Assembly (NCBI GenBank): GCA_038212275.1
Contig: JBBQUR010000005.1
Coordinates: forward strand, 192,001 to 256,000
DNA length: 64,000 nt
Source: Planctomycetota bacterium
Lineage (GTDB): Bacteria > Planctomycetota > B15-G4
Direction of reading: 5' to 3'
Position numbers and translations under genes: made by a program. Position 1 is the first letter of the stretch. Each line of letters begins with the position of its first letter. The notes beneath the pieces are model-generated. The model saw only the letters and a program-made list of their open reading frames with translations, was not told the DNA's origin and did no database searches. Below are positions 44,853-54,989 of the stretch, in pieces.

Positions 44853-45968
44853 ATGGCCTTCCCCGTCGGCGGCGAGCTCACGCCGACGCATGCCCGGGGC
44901 GTGCTGATGTTCGAGATCAAGGACAAGGATCGCGTGCGCATCCTCACCGCGGTGGCGACGCGCGGCGCGGGCTACCAGGCGGCGCGCATCCTTGTCATCA
45001 CGATCAGCCAGCTGCTGCTGCTCGCGGTGCCGCTGCTGGGCATCGTGCGGCTCGACCTGTGGGGAGGGCATCACGTCCTGCTCGGCGAGAGCGTGGGCTT
45101 CCTCGACGGGCTGCGCGGCTTCATCGTGGCCATCGGCATCCTGTGGGGCGTCACCTTCGCGAGCAACATCGTCGTCGGGCGCTTCTTCTGCGGCTGGGGC
45201 TGCCCGGTCGGATACGTGAGCCGCCTGGGCGAGGACGTCGAGCTGCGCAAGCGGCACCTGCTGCGGCGGCTGCTGTCGCACGCCTCGGGCGCCGCGTTCG
45301 TGGCGGTGTTCGTCGGCGCGATCATGCTCTGGTGGGTGGACTGGCACGTCATGCTGGAAGGCAGCCTGCGCGCGCGGCTGATCACCGGCGGGATCTTCGC
45401 GCTGCTGTGGGCCGGCGGCTTCCTGCACGCCTTCGTGTGGCGCTTCGGCTTCTGCAGGAGCGCGTGCCCGATCGGCCTCTACTACCGCTTCGTGACGAGC
45501 AAGTCGCCCATCGGCATCGTGTTCAGCAACGAGCCCTCGCCCTGCATCGAGTGCCACGCCTGCGAGAAGATCTGCCCGGTGGACATCGACCCGAAGCAGC
45601 TGGGCCAGCCGTTGCGGCGCGGCGGAGCAGAGGCGGCGAACGCGCCACACGCGCCACACGCGGCGACTGCGACTGCGAGTGCGAGTGCGAAGGCGACTGC
45701 GAGTGCGACTGCGAGTGCGACTGCGAGTGCGACTGCGAACGCGAGTGCGAACGCGAGTGCGAACGCGAACGCGAGTGCGAACGTGGACGTGGACATCGTG
45801 CGTCTCGCGGCCCGGATGTCCGACGACGCGACACCGTCCGACGAGGGGGACGTCTACGGCAACGCCGAGTGCATCCGTTGCGGCGACTGCATCGAGGCCT
45901 GCCGCATGATCTTCAAGACTCGCGTCGGCGAGACGCCGCCCCTGCGCTTCGGGCGGGTGCAGCGGTAG
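44853..45968 (+). CDS. ccoG: Membrane polyferredoxin, CcoG/FixG-like (start may be 44907)
   Basis: GRFFCGWGCP, FCRSACP, CIECHACEKICP, CIRCGDCIEAC. Confidence 0.8.
   Translation: MAFPVGGELTPTHARGVLMFEIKDKDRVRILTAVATRGAGYQAARILVITISQLLLLAVPLLGIVRLDLWGGHHVLLGESVGFLDGLRGFIVAIGILWGVTFASNIVVGRFFCGWGCPVGYVSRLGEDVELRKRHLLRRLLSHASGAAFVAVFVGAIMLWWVDWHVMLEGSLRARLITGGIFALLWAGGFLHAFVWRFGFCRSACPIGLYYRFVTSKSPIGIVFSNEPSPCIECHACEKICPVDIDPKQLGQPLRRGGAEAANAPHAPHAATATASASAKATASATASATASATANASANASANANASANVDVDIVRLAARMSDDATPSDEGDVYGNAECIRCGDCIEACRMIFKTRVGETPPLRFGRVQR
45663..45782 (+). repeat. 6-bp in-frame microsatellite x20 (GCGA+CT/GT/AC/AG) encoding Ala-Thr/Ser/Asn linker in ccoG
   Basis: GCGACT/GCGAGT/GCGAAC units; protein ATATASASAKATASATAS..ANASAN. 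Confidence 0.9.
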
Positions 45969-46165
45969 GCGCAGGACGGCTCACCTGGCCTTCCACGTGA
46001 TGATCACGTCGTCAACGGCCCGGCCCTCGGCAACCGTCACGTCCACGCGGGAGTTCGCCGCGATGATGAGCTGCAGGAAGGGGTGGACCGGCCTGCCGTC
46101 GGCGCGCTCCGTCGGATGGTGAGCTGGCAGACGCTTGCAACCGGCGAGTGCGAAGACCGCGTACG

Positions 46166-47155
46166 CTACTCGTCGTCGTAGATGCGCAGGCCGAGAAGGG
46201 ATTCGATTGCTCGGTGGTAGCGGGCTTCGAACTGCTCGTCTTCGCGCCGGGCCGCTTCGACGATCGGATGGCTGTCACCGGGCACGGTGACCGAGCCGGA
46301 CTCGACGATGTCTCCGCCGACGACGCCGTGGTAGCGAACCGTGGTCGTGCAGCCGCCACCACAGGAGTACCAGGTCTGCACGGACGCCGCGAGCGCGCGT
46401 TCCCGCAGCAGTCCTGGCAGTGCCTGGCCCACCGAGCGGATGAGGCCGTCACCCAGCGCGCTCCGGAGCGACGGCCAGTCGAAGGCCTCGGGGTTCGGGA
46501 GCTCGTAGCCCGTCGTCGGGTCGGTGAGTGCACTCGGGCGCATGACCTCGGCGCTGCTCAGCAGGATGTCGGCGAGCTCGCTCTCGAAGGACCACGACAG
46601 GTCCCCGACCTCGACCGAGCCGAGCGCCACGTCCGCGAAATCCAGCCGCAGCGCGTGGTGCAGGTCGGCACCCAGGCGGTTGTGATGGACATCGATCTGC
46701 AGGTCGGCCTTCTGCTGTTCCAGCGTGGCGATCTGTTCCGTGAGCAGCACGTTGTCGAGCCGCAGCGCAGTGAGTTCGCGCTCCAGCTCTCGGCGCGTCG
46801 GTTCGCCGTCCGTGGCGTCTTCGTCGGCAAGCGATGTGTCGTCCTCGCTTGCCGGCGACAGGGCCAGCGGCGTGGCTTCGAGATCGGCGCGTTCCTGCGA
46901 GGGACATCGAACGTTCCGTCGCGGCGTGGTGCGTGACGTGCCCTCCGCAGTGCGTTGCGCGCCCACGCGATCGGCTTCCGGACTGCCTGGGCCAGCGCCT
47001 GCCGCTTCGCCCTGCGCGACGTCGGGCGCGGCGCCGCCCGGCCAGTCCGCCAGCCAGGCCTGCACGCCGGCCACGCCGGCGAGGGCCGTCAGCACGAGCC
47101 CTCCGAGCCACCGACCGGACGGCAACTCGGGCTGCGGGGACACGCGGGTGCTCAT
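46166..47155 (-). CDS. Hypothetical membrane-anchored coiled-coil protein
   Basis: AGGAG RBS, N-terminal TM, acidic linker, heptad coil (LERELTALRLDNVLLTEQIATLEQQ), globular C-terminus with CGGGC. Confidence 0.6.
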   Translation of the reverse strand: MSTRVSPQPELPSGRWLGGLVLTALAGVAGVQAWLADWPGGAAPDVAQGEAAGAGPGSPEADRVGAQRTAEGTSRTTPRRNVRCPSQERADLEATPLALSPASEDDTSLADEDATDGEPTRRELERELTALRLDNVLLTEQIATLEQQKADLQIDVHHNRLGADLHHALRLDFADVALGSVEVGDLSWSFESELADILLSSAEVMRPSALTDPTTGYELPNPEAFDWPSLRSALGDGLIRSVGQALPGLLRERALAASVQTWYSCGGGCTTTVRYHGVVGGDIVESGSVTVPGDSHPIVEAARREDEQFEARYHRAIESLLGLRIYDDE

Positions 47156-47311
47156 CGGGGCGCTCCTGGGAAGCGGCCGCGCACGGAGGTGAGCCGCGTC
47201 ACTCTCCGTGCGCTGCGCGACGCATCGCGCAGCTGCCGCGCTCTCGCGACATCGACCACCTCACCGAACGTCGCGAGCCGCCTGTCGCGGACGCGCGTCT
47301 TGCAGAAGACC

Positions 47312-47782
<471 letters not shown>

Positions 47783-47869
47783 CGAGAATCTCCAGCGAGG
47801 TGAGCCGCCCCGCACCGCGCCGCGACCACACGCGGCGCGCCGCGAAGCCGGCGCAGGGGCGATCGGTAT

Positions 47870-48027
47870 GCCACGCCGCCGAGCCGGCTTGCAACCGGTC
47901 CGCGGCGTGCGGGCGACGCGCGGTTGGCGTCCGGACAGCGTGTGCGCGGCCCGCACGAGGCCCGCGGCGCGTGCCCCCGGGCCGCGCCGCACCAGCCACG
48001 ACGTAGGGCGCCCCGTGTGGTTACATG
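47870..48027 (+). promoter_or_regulatory. Two-part upstream motif, copy 1 (29-mer at 47870-47898; TGTGGTTACATG at 48016-48027)
   Basis: Same two motifs recur at 48626-48654 and 48802-48813. Confidence 0.55.
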
Positions 48028-48052
48028 TGCCGAGACATTTCGGGAGCAGGGC

Positions 48053-48514
48053 ATGACCTTCGGCGCACGACTCGTGATCGTCCTGATGTGCACGACCGTC
48101 GGCGCGGCGCTGCTCGCCGGCTGCGGCGCGCCGGCGCCCGTCGGACCGCTGCCATTCACCTCGGCGTCGTTCGACGAAGCCGGGGCGCAGGCCACCGCGC
48201 AGCACAAGCTGCTGCTCGTCGACGCGATGGCGAGCTGGTGCCCGCCGTGCCGGACGATGGAGCGCGACGCGTGGCCCGAGGCGAAGGTCAGCGCGTGGAT
48301 CGGCGCGCACGCCATCGCCGTGCAGGTGGATGTGGACGAGCAGGAGGCCGTGGCCCGCAGGCTCGACATCCGCGCGATGCCGACGCTCATCCTCTTCCGC
48401 GACGGCCAGGAGCTGGCCCGCAGCGTCGGCGGCATGGACGCCAACCAGTTGCTGAGCTGGCTCGAGACGTCCGGCGGCGCAGCGGCCCCGACGACTCCCG
48501 CGCCGCCGCGCTGA
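48053..48514 (+). CDS. Thioredoxin-family lipoprotein
   Basis: Lipobox LLAGC; WCPPC; VDVD; cis-Pro AMPT. Confidence 0.88.
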   Translation: MTFGARLVIVLMCTTVGAALLAGCGAPAPVGPLPFTSASFDEAGAQATAQHKLLLVDAMASWCPPCRTMERDAWPEAKVSAWIGAHAIAVQVDVDEQEAVARRLDIRAMPTLILFRDGQELARSVGGMDANQLLSWLETSGGAAAPTTPAPPR

Positions 48515-48625
48515 TCCCAAGGCACGCTTCGGACACGGAGCGAGCGGCGGAAGTTTCGGTGGGGCCCTGCTGGTGAGCGTTCTGCTGGTCGTGCCGTCGT
48601 CGCGACTCCCGTGCCGCAGTCGGCA

Positions 48626-48813
48626 GCCACGCCGCCGCGCCGGCTTGCAACCGGAAGCGCCACGCCGGACGGGCCGCTGCACCGTTGCGCCGTGGTCCTG
48701 TGGCCCCGTGGCACCGTGGCACGTGGCATGTTGCACCACGGCATGACCGAGCCGCGGCGCCGCACGAGTCGCTGTCCCGCGACATGACGGCAGCCTGCGG
48801 CTGTGGTTACATG
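48626..48813 (+). promoter_or_regulatory. Two-part upstream motif, copy 2, with an 8-bp degenerate tandem repeat (CGTGGCAC-like) in between
   Basis: GCCACGCCGCCGCGCCGGCTTGCAACCGG (1 mismatch to copy 1) and TGTGGTTACATG 35 nt before ATG. Confidence 0.55.
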
Positions 48814-48836
48814 GGCGTGCCACGCGGAGTTCGGAG

Positions 48837-51722
48837 ATGATCCGACGCGACCTGCTGCTCACGACAGTCGTCCTGCTGCTGCTCCTTGCCGCGGCGGCGT
48901 GGCTGCTGCGGGAGAGCGGGAGCGACGGCGACGCCAACGCCGATGCGCAAGCCGGATTCGCGGCTCCCGCCGTGGTCGGCCGCGCGAGCGATGCTGCGAC
49001 GGCCGAGGCGCCCGACCTCGCGGCCGGCCAGCTCGCTGCGCTGGCCGCCGAGTCCGTGCGCTCGCCAGGCGTGCAGCGCCTCGCCACCGGGAGAACTCCC
49101 GGCGCCGACACCTCCTGGACCGACGCGCGCGAGATCAGCTTCCGCGGCAGCGTGCTGGACGAGCGCGGCGCGCCGCTCGCCGGGGCCGTCGTGGTCTACT
49201 GGCCGAACGACGTCACGCAGGCGCTCTACGGCGTGGACGAGTTCTCGCGCGGCGCAGCGCTGGACGGCTTGCCGCGCGCGCTCACCGGCGCCGACGGCCG
49301 CTTCGACGTGCGTGGCCGGCAGCGCGAAGGGCGTGGCGCCGCCGGGCTGCACGACCTGCCCAGCCTCGTCGTCATCGCCGGCGAGCACGCCATCCGCAGC
49401 CACGCCTGTGCGGGGATCGGGTCCGGCGTCGACTGCGACGCGGGCGACATCGCGATGGAGCGTGGCGGGCGCCTCGTCGGCCGCGTCGTGGACAGCGCGG
49501 GCCGGTTCATCGCGGGCGCCACCGTCGTGCCCTGGAGTGCCGTCGGCCTCTCGCTGGAGGCCGGGGAGCTCCCGGTGGACGGCGCGGCGCGCGGCGTGAC
49601 GCGATCCGGGTGTCTGCTCGCGGCAGCCTTCGCCGCGACGACCAGCGAGGCCGACGGCCGCTTCGAGACCGGCCCGTTGTGGCCCGGCTCGACGCATTTC
49701 TCGGTCACCGCGCAAGGCTTCCAGCCGCTGGTGCAGAACGCCAGGGCTCTCCGCACCTCGCCGACCGATGTCGGCGAGATCGTGCTCCTCGACGGCCTCG
49801 TGCTGGCGGGCGTCGTGGTCGATGACCGCGGTGCGCCGGTGCCTGGCGCCAGCGTCCTGGCCTGGAAAATTCTTCCGAACGCCTCCGAGGCGCGCTTGTC
49901 CGGTGATGGCGACGTGCTGCTCAAGCTGCTGAAGCTGCGCGCGACAATCCCCTCGACGTTCAAGGCCACGGCGGACTCCCGAGGGCGCTTCGCATTCGAC
50001 TCGCTCACGCCCGGCAGCCACGACGCCATCGTGGATGCCGAAGGTTTCGAACCGCTGCCGACCAGCGCGTCCATGCCCTGCGGCTCGGCCGAGCGCGTGC
50101 TGAGACTCGTGCGCGCCGCCACGCTGCGGCTGAACGTGGTGGATGCCGCGTCACACGTGCCCCTCGCTGCCGCGACGGTGACGGCGCGCCGCTTCACCGG
50201 CGAGAAGCTCGACACGGAGGGCGTCGCACTGCCCGTGTCGCGCACCGGCGCGCCGGGCACGCTGCTCGTGGGACGCCTGGGCCTGCACCGCACCCTGCTG
50301 AGCATCGGCGCGCCGGGCTTCGCGACGAAGAGTCTCGAGCTGCCCGGCGCGACGCCGCCCGAGCAGATCGAGCTGACCGTCGCCCTGGAGTCCGCGGCGA
50401 CGATTTCCGGGAAAGTGATCACGCGCGAGGGCGCGGGCCTCGTCGGAGCGCAGGTCGTTGCAACCTCCGCGGCAGCCGATGCGCCGGCGCCCACCCGCGT
50501 GGCCACCGATGCGAGAGGGTGCTTCGACCTGGAGGCGCTGGCGGCGGGCGAGTGGTCGCTGCGCGCGGAGGCGGAGGGCTTCGAGCCGGTGGAGCGCACG
50601 CTGCGCCTCGCCGCCAGTGAGCGACGCGCCCACATCGACTTCGTGCTGCCGGGCGCGGGCGTGGTCTTCGGCAGCTGCTTCCAGGCCGATGGGACTCCGA
50701 AGTCCCTGGCGAGCGTCTGGCTCAACTGGCTGGATGCGCAGGGAGATCCTCAAAACTTCGGCTCCCGCAAGCTGACGACCGACGCCGACGGCCACTACGA
50801 GTTGACCGGCATGAGGCTGGGCACGTGGCGCAGCAAGACCATGCCTCCCGTCGAGTTCACGCTGGCGGCGGGCGAGCGGCGCCAGGTCGACTTCCGCGAC
50901 GACCCGCCGACCTCGGTGCAGGGGCGCGTGCTGCAGGGCAACGGGCTGCCGGTGCCCGACGCCTGGGTCTTCGTGCACTGGACGAAACCGGGTGGCCGCG
51001 ACCGCATCACGCAGTCCCTGCGCGCCGATCGCGACGGCGCTTTTCTCTGGGACAGGGATCGGCCGGGGCACGTGGAACTCGTGGCGGCGTCGCCCACGCA
51101 AGGCATGACCCAGGCCGCGGTGCTGGAACTGCAGCCGGGCGAGCATCTCGTCGTGAACCTGATCCTCGGCACGGCGGGCGTGGCGGGCCGCGTGCTGCGC
51201 GTCGGAGACGAGGCGCCGGTGGGCGGCGCCTCGGTGCGCCTGCTGCCGCTGCTCGAGGGCGACGTCGCGGGCCTCTTCGACACGCTCGCGCCGGGCGGGG
51301 AGTCCGCGACCTTCGGCGTCGCTCGCACGGACGGCGACGGGCGCTTCGTGCTGCATCACGTCGCGCCCGGGCGCTACAGCGTCGCCGTGGAATCGGTCGG
51401 CGCGTGCGCCGGTCCGCTCCCGCCGCTGACGGTCGGCGCCGCGGGCGTGTCGGACCTGCTGCTGCGCGTGGCAGCCCGGGGCTCGCTGTCCGGCACCGTG
51501 CGGCACGCATCGGGCGAGGCCTGGAAGGACGAGGCCTGGGTGACCGCCGACGGCCCCGACGGTCGCCGCTTCGCGCAGACGATCAACGGGCGCTTCGAGC
51601 TCGGGGATCTCGCGCCCGGGGACTGGCGGCTGACCATGAAGCCCGTCAAGGGCCCGCGCATCGAGCAACACGTGACCGTGCTCTCGGGCCAGTGGATCGC
51701 CGTGGAACTCATCGTGCCGTGA
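48837..51722 (+). CDS. Large membrane-anchored protein of tandem carboxypeptidase-regulatory-like domains
   Basis: N-terminal TM; about 8 G.V.D..G.P..GA.V...T..DG.F modules. Confidence 0.85.
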   Translation: MIRRDLLLTTVVLLLLLAAAAWLLRESGSDGDANADAQAGFAAPAVVGRASDAATAEAPDLAAGQLAALAAESVRSPGVQRLATGRTPGADTSWTDAREISFRGSVLDERGAPLAGAVVVYWPNDVTQALYGVDEFSRGAALDGLPRALTGADGRFDVRGRQREGRGAAGLHDLPSLVVIAGEHAIRSHACAGIGSGVDCDAGDIAMERGGRLVGRVVDSAGRFIAGATVVPWSAVGLSLEAGELPVDGAARGVTRSGCLLAAAFAATTSEADGRFETGPLWPGSTHFSVTAQGFQPLVQNARALRTSPTDVGEIVLLDGLVLAGVVVDDRGAPVPGASVLAWKILPNASEARLSGDGDVLLKLLKLRATIPSTFKATADSRGRFAFDSLTPGSHDAIVDAEGFEPLPTSASMPCGSAERVLRLVRAATLRLNVVDAASHVPLAAATVTARRFTGEKLDTEGVALPVSRTGAPGTLLVGRLGLHRTLLSIGAPGFATKSLELPGATPPEQIELTVALESAATISGKVITREGAGLVGAQVVATSAAADAPAPTRVATDARGCFDLEALAAGEWSLRAEAEGFEPVERTLRLAASERRAHIDFVLPGAGVVFGSCFQADGTPKSLASVWLNWLDAQGDPQNFGSRKLTTDADGHYELTGMRLGTWRSKTMPPVEFTLAAGERRQVDFRDDPPTSVQGRVLQGNGLPVPDAWVFVHWTKPGGRDRITQSLRADRDGAFLWDRDRPGHVELVAASPTQGMTQAAVLELQPGEHLVVNLILGTAGVAGRVLRVGDEAPVGGASVRLLPLLEGDVAGLFDTLAPGGESATFGVARTDGDGRFVLHHVAPGRYSVAVESVGACAGPLPPLTVGAAGVSDLLLRVAARGSLSGTVRHASGEAWKDEAWVTADGPDGRRFAQTINGRFELGDLAPGDWRLTMKPVKGPRIEQHVTVLSGQWIAVELIVP

Positions 51723-51829
51723 CGGCGCGGTTCCGAGTCCTTCCAAGGCCGCAGGTTGACGCCGTGGAGCGTGGCGCCAATGCTGTCCGTCTCGGGGACG
51801 AACGGCGCATGTCACTCAGGAGTCCACGC

Positions 51830-53263
51830 ATGATCATCGCGCAGCAGATCCTGATCCGAGCCACCGCGTGGTGGCGGCTGTTCCTCGAGTCGTCGTGCGC
51901 AGGGGGGCTGCTCGCGCTTGCCCTCGCGGCTCCCGCGCACGCCGCGGCGAGCCCGGCGCCCGCGCCGCAGGACGGTGCGCCTGCGAGCTCCGGCATCCCG
52001 CACGAAACGCTGGCGCCGGTCGTCGGCGAGCTGCCCTTCAGCAAGCTGCCGTATGCGGAGGCGCGCGACGCGGCAGCCGCGCAGGACAAGCTCTTCCTCG
52101 TGGATGCGACGGCAACGTGGTGCGGGCCGTGCAAGCAGATGGAGGCCGAGGCGTGGCCCGTCGCCGAGGTTGGCGCGTGGGTGGCGGCGCACGCCGTGGC
52201 GGTGCAGCTCGACGTGGACGCGGAGAAGGACATCGCGCGCGAGCTCGAGATCAGCGCGATGCCGACGATCATCCTCTTCCGCGGCGACACGGAGCTGTTC
52301 CGGCACACGGGCAGCATGGACGCCGCCGCGCTGCTGACGTGGCTCGATGACGCTGCCGCGGGCCGCGCGGGCAAGGGCCCCGTGCTGGCCGAGGCGCTCG
52401 CGCTGATGCAGAGCAACGACTACAAGGCCCGTTACGCCATCGCCAAGGAACTGCAGCAGCTCCACGAGGACGAGCTGGCGTTGCAGCACTACCTCTGGCT
52501 GTGGCCCAACACGCGCGGCACGAGCTTCTCCGCCGTGCGCAGCTCCTTCATGCTCGGCGACATGAAGCGCCTCGCGGACGGCAACGAGGCGGCGCGCGAG
52601 GCCTTCGCGGAAGTCTTCGAGGAGATCCGCGAGAAGGTCGCGGAGGATGCCAGTCCGGACCGCATGGACTGGCTCGAGTTCGACAGGTGGTGTTCCCACT
52701 TCGAGCACGGCGACGCGCTGCGTGCCTGGTACGACGACCATCATGAGCCCGACGGCAGCCTGCGTTGCGACTGGGCTGCCGACACGCTCTTCGAGCACTT
52801 CGTCGGAGCCGGCGACTGGGCTTCGGCGGGGCGTCTCGGCAAGCTCGAAGCGCGCGCGTCGAAGACGATCGGCGAGAAGGCCGCGATGAAGGAGGCGATG
52901 GTGAGGACGGGCAACGCCGGCATTCAGGCCGAGATGAAGTCGTGGTACGAGCAGCAGGTGCGAGACAAGCTCAGCGGCCTCTGCGCCGCGGCCTTTGCCG
53001 TCGGCGGCGACGACGAGGGCCGCGCCATCGCGACGATGCTGCTGGCCGAGCTGGACGATGCGCCCACGCGCCTGCAGCTCGCGACGGTGAGCTTCGAGGC
53101 CGTGGGGGCGCGGCCCGAGCAAGTGACCTGGCTGGACGAGGCCGCGCAGCTGGACGGCGACGCCGAAGCGATCGATGTGCTGCGCGCCAGATTGCAGGCG
53201 GCCGCCGCCGAAGCGCCCGCGCTGCCGCTGCAACCGGCCGCGCCGCCTGAACCCCTGCGGTGA
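51830..53263 (+). CDS. Exported thioredoxin-domain protein with helical C-terminal extension
   Basis: AGGAG RBS; signal peptide; WCGPC, LDVD, AMPT; YLWLW..R.SF helical domain. Confidence 0.82.
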   Translation: MIIAQQILIRATAWWRLFLESSCAGGLLALALAAPAHAAASPAPAPQDGAPASSGIPHETLAPVVGELPFSKLPYAEARDAAAAQDKLFLVDATATWCGPCKQMEAEAWPVAEVGAWVAAHAVAVQLDVDAEKDIARELEISAMPTIILFRGDTELFRHTGSMDAAALLTWLDDAAAGRAGKGPVLAEALALMQSNDYKARYAIAKELQQLHEDELALQHYLWLWPNTRGTSFSAVRSSFMLGDMKRLADGNEAAREAFAEVFEEIREKVAEDASPDRMDWLEFDRWCSHFEHGDALRAWYDDHHEPDGSLRCDWAADTLFEHFVGAGDWASAGRLGKLEARASKTIGEKAAMKEAMVRTGNAGIQAEMKSWYEQQVRDKLSGLCAAAFAVGGDDEGRAIATMLLAELDDAPTRLQLATVSFEAVGARPEQVTWLDEAAQLDGDAEAIDVLRARLQAAAAEAPALPLQPAAPPEPLR

Positions 53264-53300
53264 CGGAGCCCCCTGCGATGACGGAGCCCCCTGCGGTGAC
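53252..53300. repeat. 18-bp tandem repeat (about 2.7 units) spanning the stop codon
   Basis: CCCCTGCGGTGACGGAGC / CCCCTGCGATGACGGAGC / CCCCTGCGGTGAC. Confidence 0.85.
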
Positions 53301-53444
53301 TGCGCCCGTTTCGCTGGCGGAGCAGCCCTGACGGAACGGGCCGCCAGCGCTTGCCCGTCGCGCACGGGGCGGGTTTGATGGCGGCTCCGGCGCGCACCGC
53401 AGCGCGCCGGACGTCCACTCCCGCCATCCCGGAACCGTCCGCTC

Positions 53445-54188
53445 ATGAAGACCCTCGTCCTCCTCCGCCATGGCGAATCCCAGTGGAATCGCGAGAATCG
53501 CTTCACCGGCTGGGTGGACGTACCGCTCTCGGAGAAGGGCCTCGGCGAAGCGAAGGAAGCCGGACGCCTGCTCAAGGCCGAAGGGTTTGCCTTCGACGTC
53601 GTGCACACCTCCGTGCTCAAGCGCGCGATCAAGACGATGTGGATCGCGCTGGAAGAGCTGGACCTCATGTGGTTGCCGGTGCATCGCCACTGGCGCCTCA
53701 ACGAGCGCCACTACGGCGCGCTGCAGGGCCTCAACAAGGCCGAGACCGCGGAGAAACACGGCGAGGCCCAGGTGAAAATCTGGCGGCGCAGCTACGACAT
53801 CCGCCCGCCGGCGCTGAGCTTGACCGACGCGATGTGGCCGGGCCACGACCGCCGTTACGCGAGCCTCGGTCCCGGCGACGTGCCGCTGACGGAATGCCTC
53901 AAGGACACGGTCGCGCGCTTCCTCCCGCACTGGAACCAGGTCATCGCGCCGGCCGTGAAGCGCGGTGAGCGCGTGCTCATCGTGGCGCACGGGAATTCGC
54001 TGCGCGCGCTGGTCAAGCACCTCGACGCCATCTCCGACGCAGACATCGTGGAGCTGAACATCCCGACCGGCGTGCCGCTGGTCTACGAGCTCAACGACGA
54101 CCTCACGCCGATCCGCCACCGCTACCTGGGCGATGCGGCGGCCGTGGCTGCCGCCGCCGCGGCCGTGGCGAATCAGGGGAAGAAGTAA
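53445..54188 (+). CDS. gpmA: 2,3-bisphosphoglycerate-dependent phosphoglycerate mutase
   Basis: LRHGES.WN.ENRFTGW, LNERHYG.LQG, AHGNSLR, LNIPTG.P. Confidence 0.98.
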   Translation: MKTLVLLRHGESQWNRENRFTGWVDVPLSEKGLGEAKEAGRLLKAEGFAFDVVHTSVLKRAIKTMWIALEELDLMWLPVHRHWRLNERHYGALQGLNKAETAEKHGEAQVKIWRRSYDIRPPALSLTDAMWPGHDRRYASLGPGDVPLTECLKDTVARFLPHWNQVIAPAVKRGERVLIVAHGNSLRALVKHLDAISDADIVELNIPTGVPLVYELNDDLTPIRHRYLGDAAAVAAAAAAVANQGKK

Positions 54189-54241
54189 CGGCTCGGCAGG
54201 TCGGTGCTTCGGGCGCTGACGCGCGGCGCGCGCTCGGGCCG

Positions 54242-54808
54242 CTGCTGCGTGCAGGCGGCCGCTGGTCGCGCCTCGTCGCGCCGCTGCTTGTCGTCTGCGC
54301 CGCGGGCACGTGTGGCGGCTGCGAGTCGGTGGATCGCTACATGCGCAACCGGCTGTTCGATGCCACCGATGTCGTGGACTTCAAGTACGGGCGAGCGCTG
54401 GGACTCGGCGCGAAAGTCGAGGCAACGCTCTACCTTGGCGCAGGCTTCGGACTCGCGACGGTGGAGTCGTTCCGGGAGTGGTACGGGCGCCACGCGACGG
54501 ACTTCCGCTGGGACGGCGAGTTTCACCTGTCCGGCGAGGGCATCTTTGCGCACCTCGGCTTCATCGGCTCGGACGGCGGCGATCCGGGCAACGTGGCGCA
54601 GGGCAGCGTGAACGCCGTGGCGCTCAACGTGCTGATGCTGTGGGGCACCGACGACCCGCCGATGATCGACCGCTGGCGCTTCGGCGGCGAGGTGCTGCTG
54701 CCCGGCGCGCTGGGCGGCATCTACCTCAACCTTGGCGAGCTCTACGACTTCTTCGCCGGACTCGTCGGCGGCGACCCGGCCGAGGACGACGGACTGCCCA
54801 AGCGCTGA
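54242..54808 (+). CDS. Hypothetical lipoprotein (start uncertain; first canonical start is GTG 54329)
   Basis: In-frame upstream RLVAPLLVVCAAGTCGGC resembles a lipoprotein signal; strong coding-like codon usage to TGA 54808. Confidence 0.6.
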   Translation: MLRAGGRWSRLVAPLLVVCAAGTCGGCESVDRYMRNRLFDATDVVDFKYGRALGLGAKVEATLYLGAGFGLATVESFREWYGRHATDFRWDGEFHLSGEGIFAHLGFIGSDGGDPGNVAQGSVNAVALNVLMLWGTDDPPMIDRWRFGGEVLLPGALGGIYLNLGELYDFFAGLVGGDPAEDDGLPKR

Positions 54809-54989
54809 ACCGGGCACGGTGCCAACCGTTGCAAGCCCCGCGCCCCTCGCCGAGCGGGCAGGGGCCTGACGGAAGCGCGCCGGGTCGATCAGCAGCGCGT
54901 GCAGGCGCGCCGGGGGGCTGCGCTGTGTAGAGTGGTGCGTTCCGTGCTCACCCCAGAGACCCGAAGCGATCGACGCGGAGCCAGAGCGC

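Noticed and set aside
48705..48735. Sigma54 -24/-12 promoter (TGGCAC..TTGCA)
   Set aside because: GG-to-GC spacing does not fit; TGGCAC arises from the local 8-bp repeat
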